Source: Cetorhinus maximus (lineage: Eukaryota). From it: 64,000 nucleotides of DNA. The DNA lies in the NCBI RefSeq assembly GCF_964194155.1, contig NC_135898.1:65720001-65784000 (forward strand), in the 5' to 3' direction. Position numbers and translations under genes: made by a program. Positions 62,536-64,000 of the stretch are shown piece by piece. Position 1 is the first letter of the stretch. Each line of letters begins with the position of its first letter. A model generated the notes under the pieces. The model ran no database searches, had not been told where the DNA came from, and was given only the letters and a program-made list of their open reading frames with translations.

Positions 62536-63728
62536 CCTTCTCTGAGGGCTTCACCTTTTTCTAATTCTTGAATAACCCCAAGTAACACTTTAATGGTTTC
62601 CTGACTGGAACTGATCAGGTTTTCCATTATTTGCAGCTGTGCTTTCAGATCCATCACTTCTGTAAGAGGCATGATTTGCTGATTTGACTCCATTACAGAT
62701 ACTGCTGTCTGATTAGACTGACTTTGACTTTCACCACTGGGTGCAATTTTTGACACAGTGGATTCAGAGGGCTCTTCACTTTGTGGGGACTGTACTGAAC
62801 AGGCTTGACCATTCACGGGCAGAGAATGCAGACTGGTTGGATGCAAAGTTCTCTCATGTACTTCCTGTGTTGTCATATTTTGTGGGGAGTCCTGTGTAAA
62901 GGAATTAGAAGAATCAGGCTGCGTAAGTTCACAGTTGGCTTCTGTTAAGCGGAAGGAGGTGAACTCCGTTAGCTGCAGCTCACGTAGCAGTGATTGATTA
63001 AAGTTCTGATTTTCTGATGGCACCTTATCATATTTTGCCATATTGCACAGCTGGTAATTTTGCTCAGTTGGATTAGAATCTGTCAACTTTAAAACGTGAG
63101 AGGGCTCTTCAGTGTAACTGTGTATTTCTGGATCTTTGCTGCTAGGATCATCAAAACTGTCACTACCAGCCTGTTTATTCACTTTGATGAAGTTATTATG
63201 TGAGCTGATATCCGGGTTCTTTTGATTGCTCCGCTCTGCACTGCTAATAGTGTGTTCTCCTGAATTTTTATTGAGGTCACTATCTTTAATATCAACTGCC
63301 CAATCATTGTTTTGTCGCCTGAATGTGTCAACAGTTGGAGCAATTTTAATGACATTCACTTTCTTCCTTTCCAAAGGGAATGTCTGATACCGCTTTTTGA
63401 GATCAGGAGATGTCTGCACACCTGTGCTTCTGGTTACATTTGGGATTGATCTTCGTGCAGGCACTGTCATGTATTTGCGATAAGCTGCCTTATAAGAAAT
63501 AGCTTTCATTGTTTTTTTGTCCAGTTGCTGTGCTGCAGAAAGTCTCTTTTCTTGTTCATTCTGAGCTTCCCGGATATCTTTAAATCTCACCTGTAGGGCT
63601 TTATTTCTTTTTCTAATCTGCCTATTTGGATCCAATGCATACTTCATCTCCAGTGTTCGTGAAGCTGCTTGCTCAGCTTCATTCTCTGTACTTGTGAGTT
63701 GGCATCTGCTTGGTTCCTTACTGACCAT
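62536..63728 (-). CDS. INSYN2A: INSYN2A/FAM196A (inhibitory synaptic factor 2A), first coding exon
   Basis: MVSK...EMKYALDPNRQIRKRNKALQVRFKDI..AAYRKYMTVPARRSIPNVTRSTGVQTSPDL...DLKAQLQIMENLISSSQETIKVLLGVIQELEKGEA matches the FAM196A sequence as I recall it. Acceptor tgtag ends at 63736, 7 nt before the ATG. Phase-2 donor GG|GTAAG at 62536/62535; the ORF-track stop is intronic. Confidence 0.95.
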
Positions 63729-63955
63729 CTTTTACCTACAATTGAAAACAATGAGGAATTTTTTTAAACACAATTTGCAAAGTATCAAGAGCTGTGAGTG
63801 TAAAAATCTTGGTTGCAAAATTATTTTTGAACTGAGCATGAGATGCACTCCACAACAGAAAGATTTTATAATTTGAAAATATAAGTAGTGGTACACACCA
63901 ATTTTAGGTCACACCTCTTTGGAAGTGCTAATTTTATACATAAACAAAAACTTAC

Positions 63956-64000
63956 CGTCTTGACTGAATTCCTTCAGCCTTTATAAAAAAACGTTTGCAA
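63956..64000 (-). other. Possible upstream 5'UTR exon end of INSYN2A
   Basis: Consensus donor AGACG|GTAAGT at 63956/63955, which would give a 220-nt intron to the 63736 acceptor. Confidence 0.3.

Noticed and set aside
63580-63612. PP1-docking RVxF motif (KALQVRF) in INSYN2A
   Set aside because: Lacks the basic residue one or two positions before V required by the usual consensus; not supportable from sequence alone.

Overview
AT-rich vertebrate genomic DNA, most likely a shark or other cartilaginous fish (inferred from the repeat landscape: CR1/L2-group LINEs, Deu-domain SINEs, Penelope-type palindromes and Harbinger-like MITEs). The only host gene I can support is INSYN2A (FAM196A) on the minus strand. 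Its CDS has three exons: 63728-62536, 54865-54794 and 16821-16632 (1455 nt, 484 aa). The ORF track shows only the first of these. In other vertebrates INSYN2A lies antisense inside a large DOCK1 intron; no DOCK1 exon is recognisable here, so the window is probably intronic on the + strand. The rest is mostly decayed, heavily nested transposons: a near-complete but inactivated CR1, a GalEa-like Ty1/copia relic with both LTRs, PBS and PPT, three solo LTRs with 4-bp TSDs, Harbinger- and Tigger-type MITEs, SINEs and Penelope-like inverted repeats. I found no convincing new multi-gene system. The best leads are unexplained hairpins (one beside the INSYN2A exon-2 acceptor, a tandem pair at ~52.1-52.3 kb), the copia relic, and a G-rich MITE family with covarying stems.
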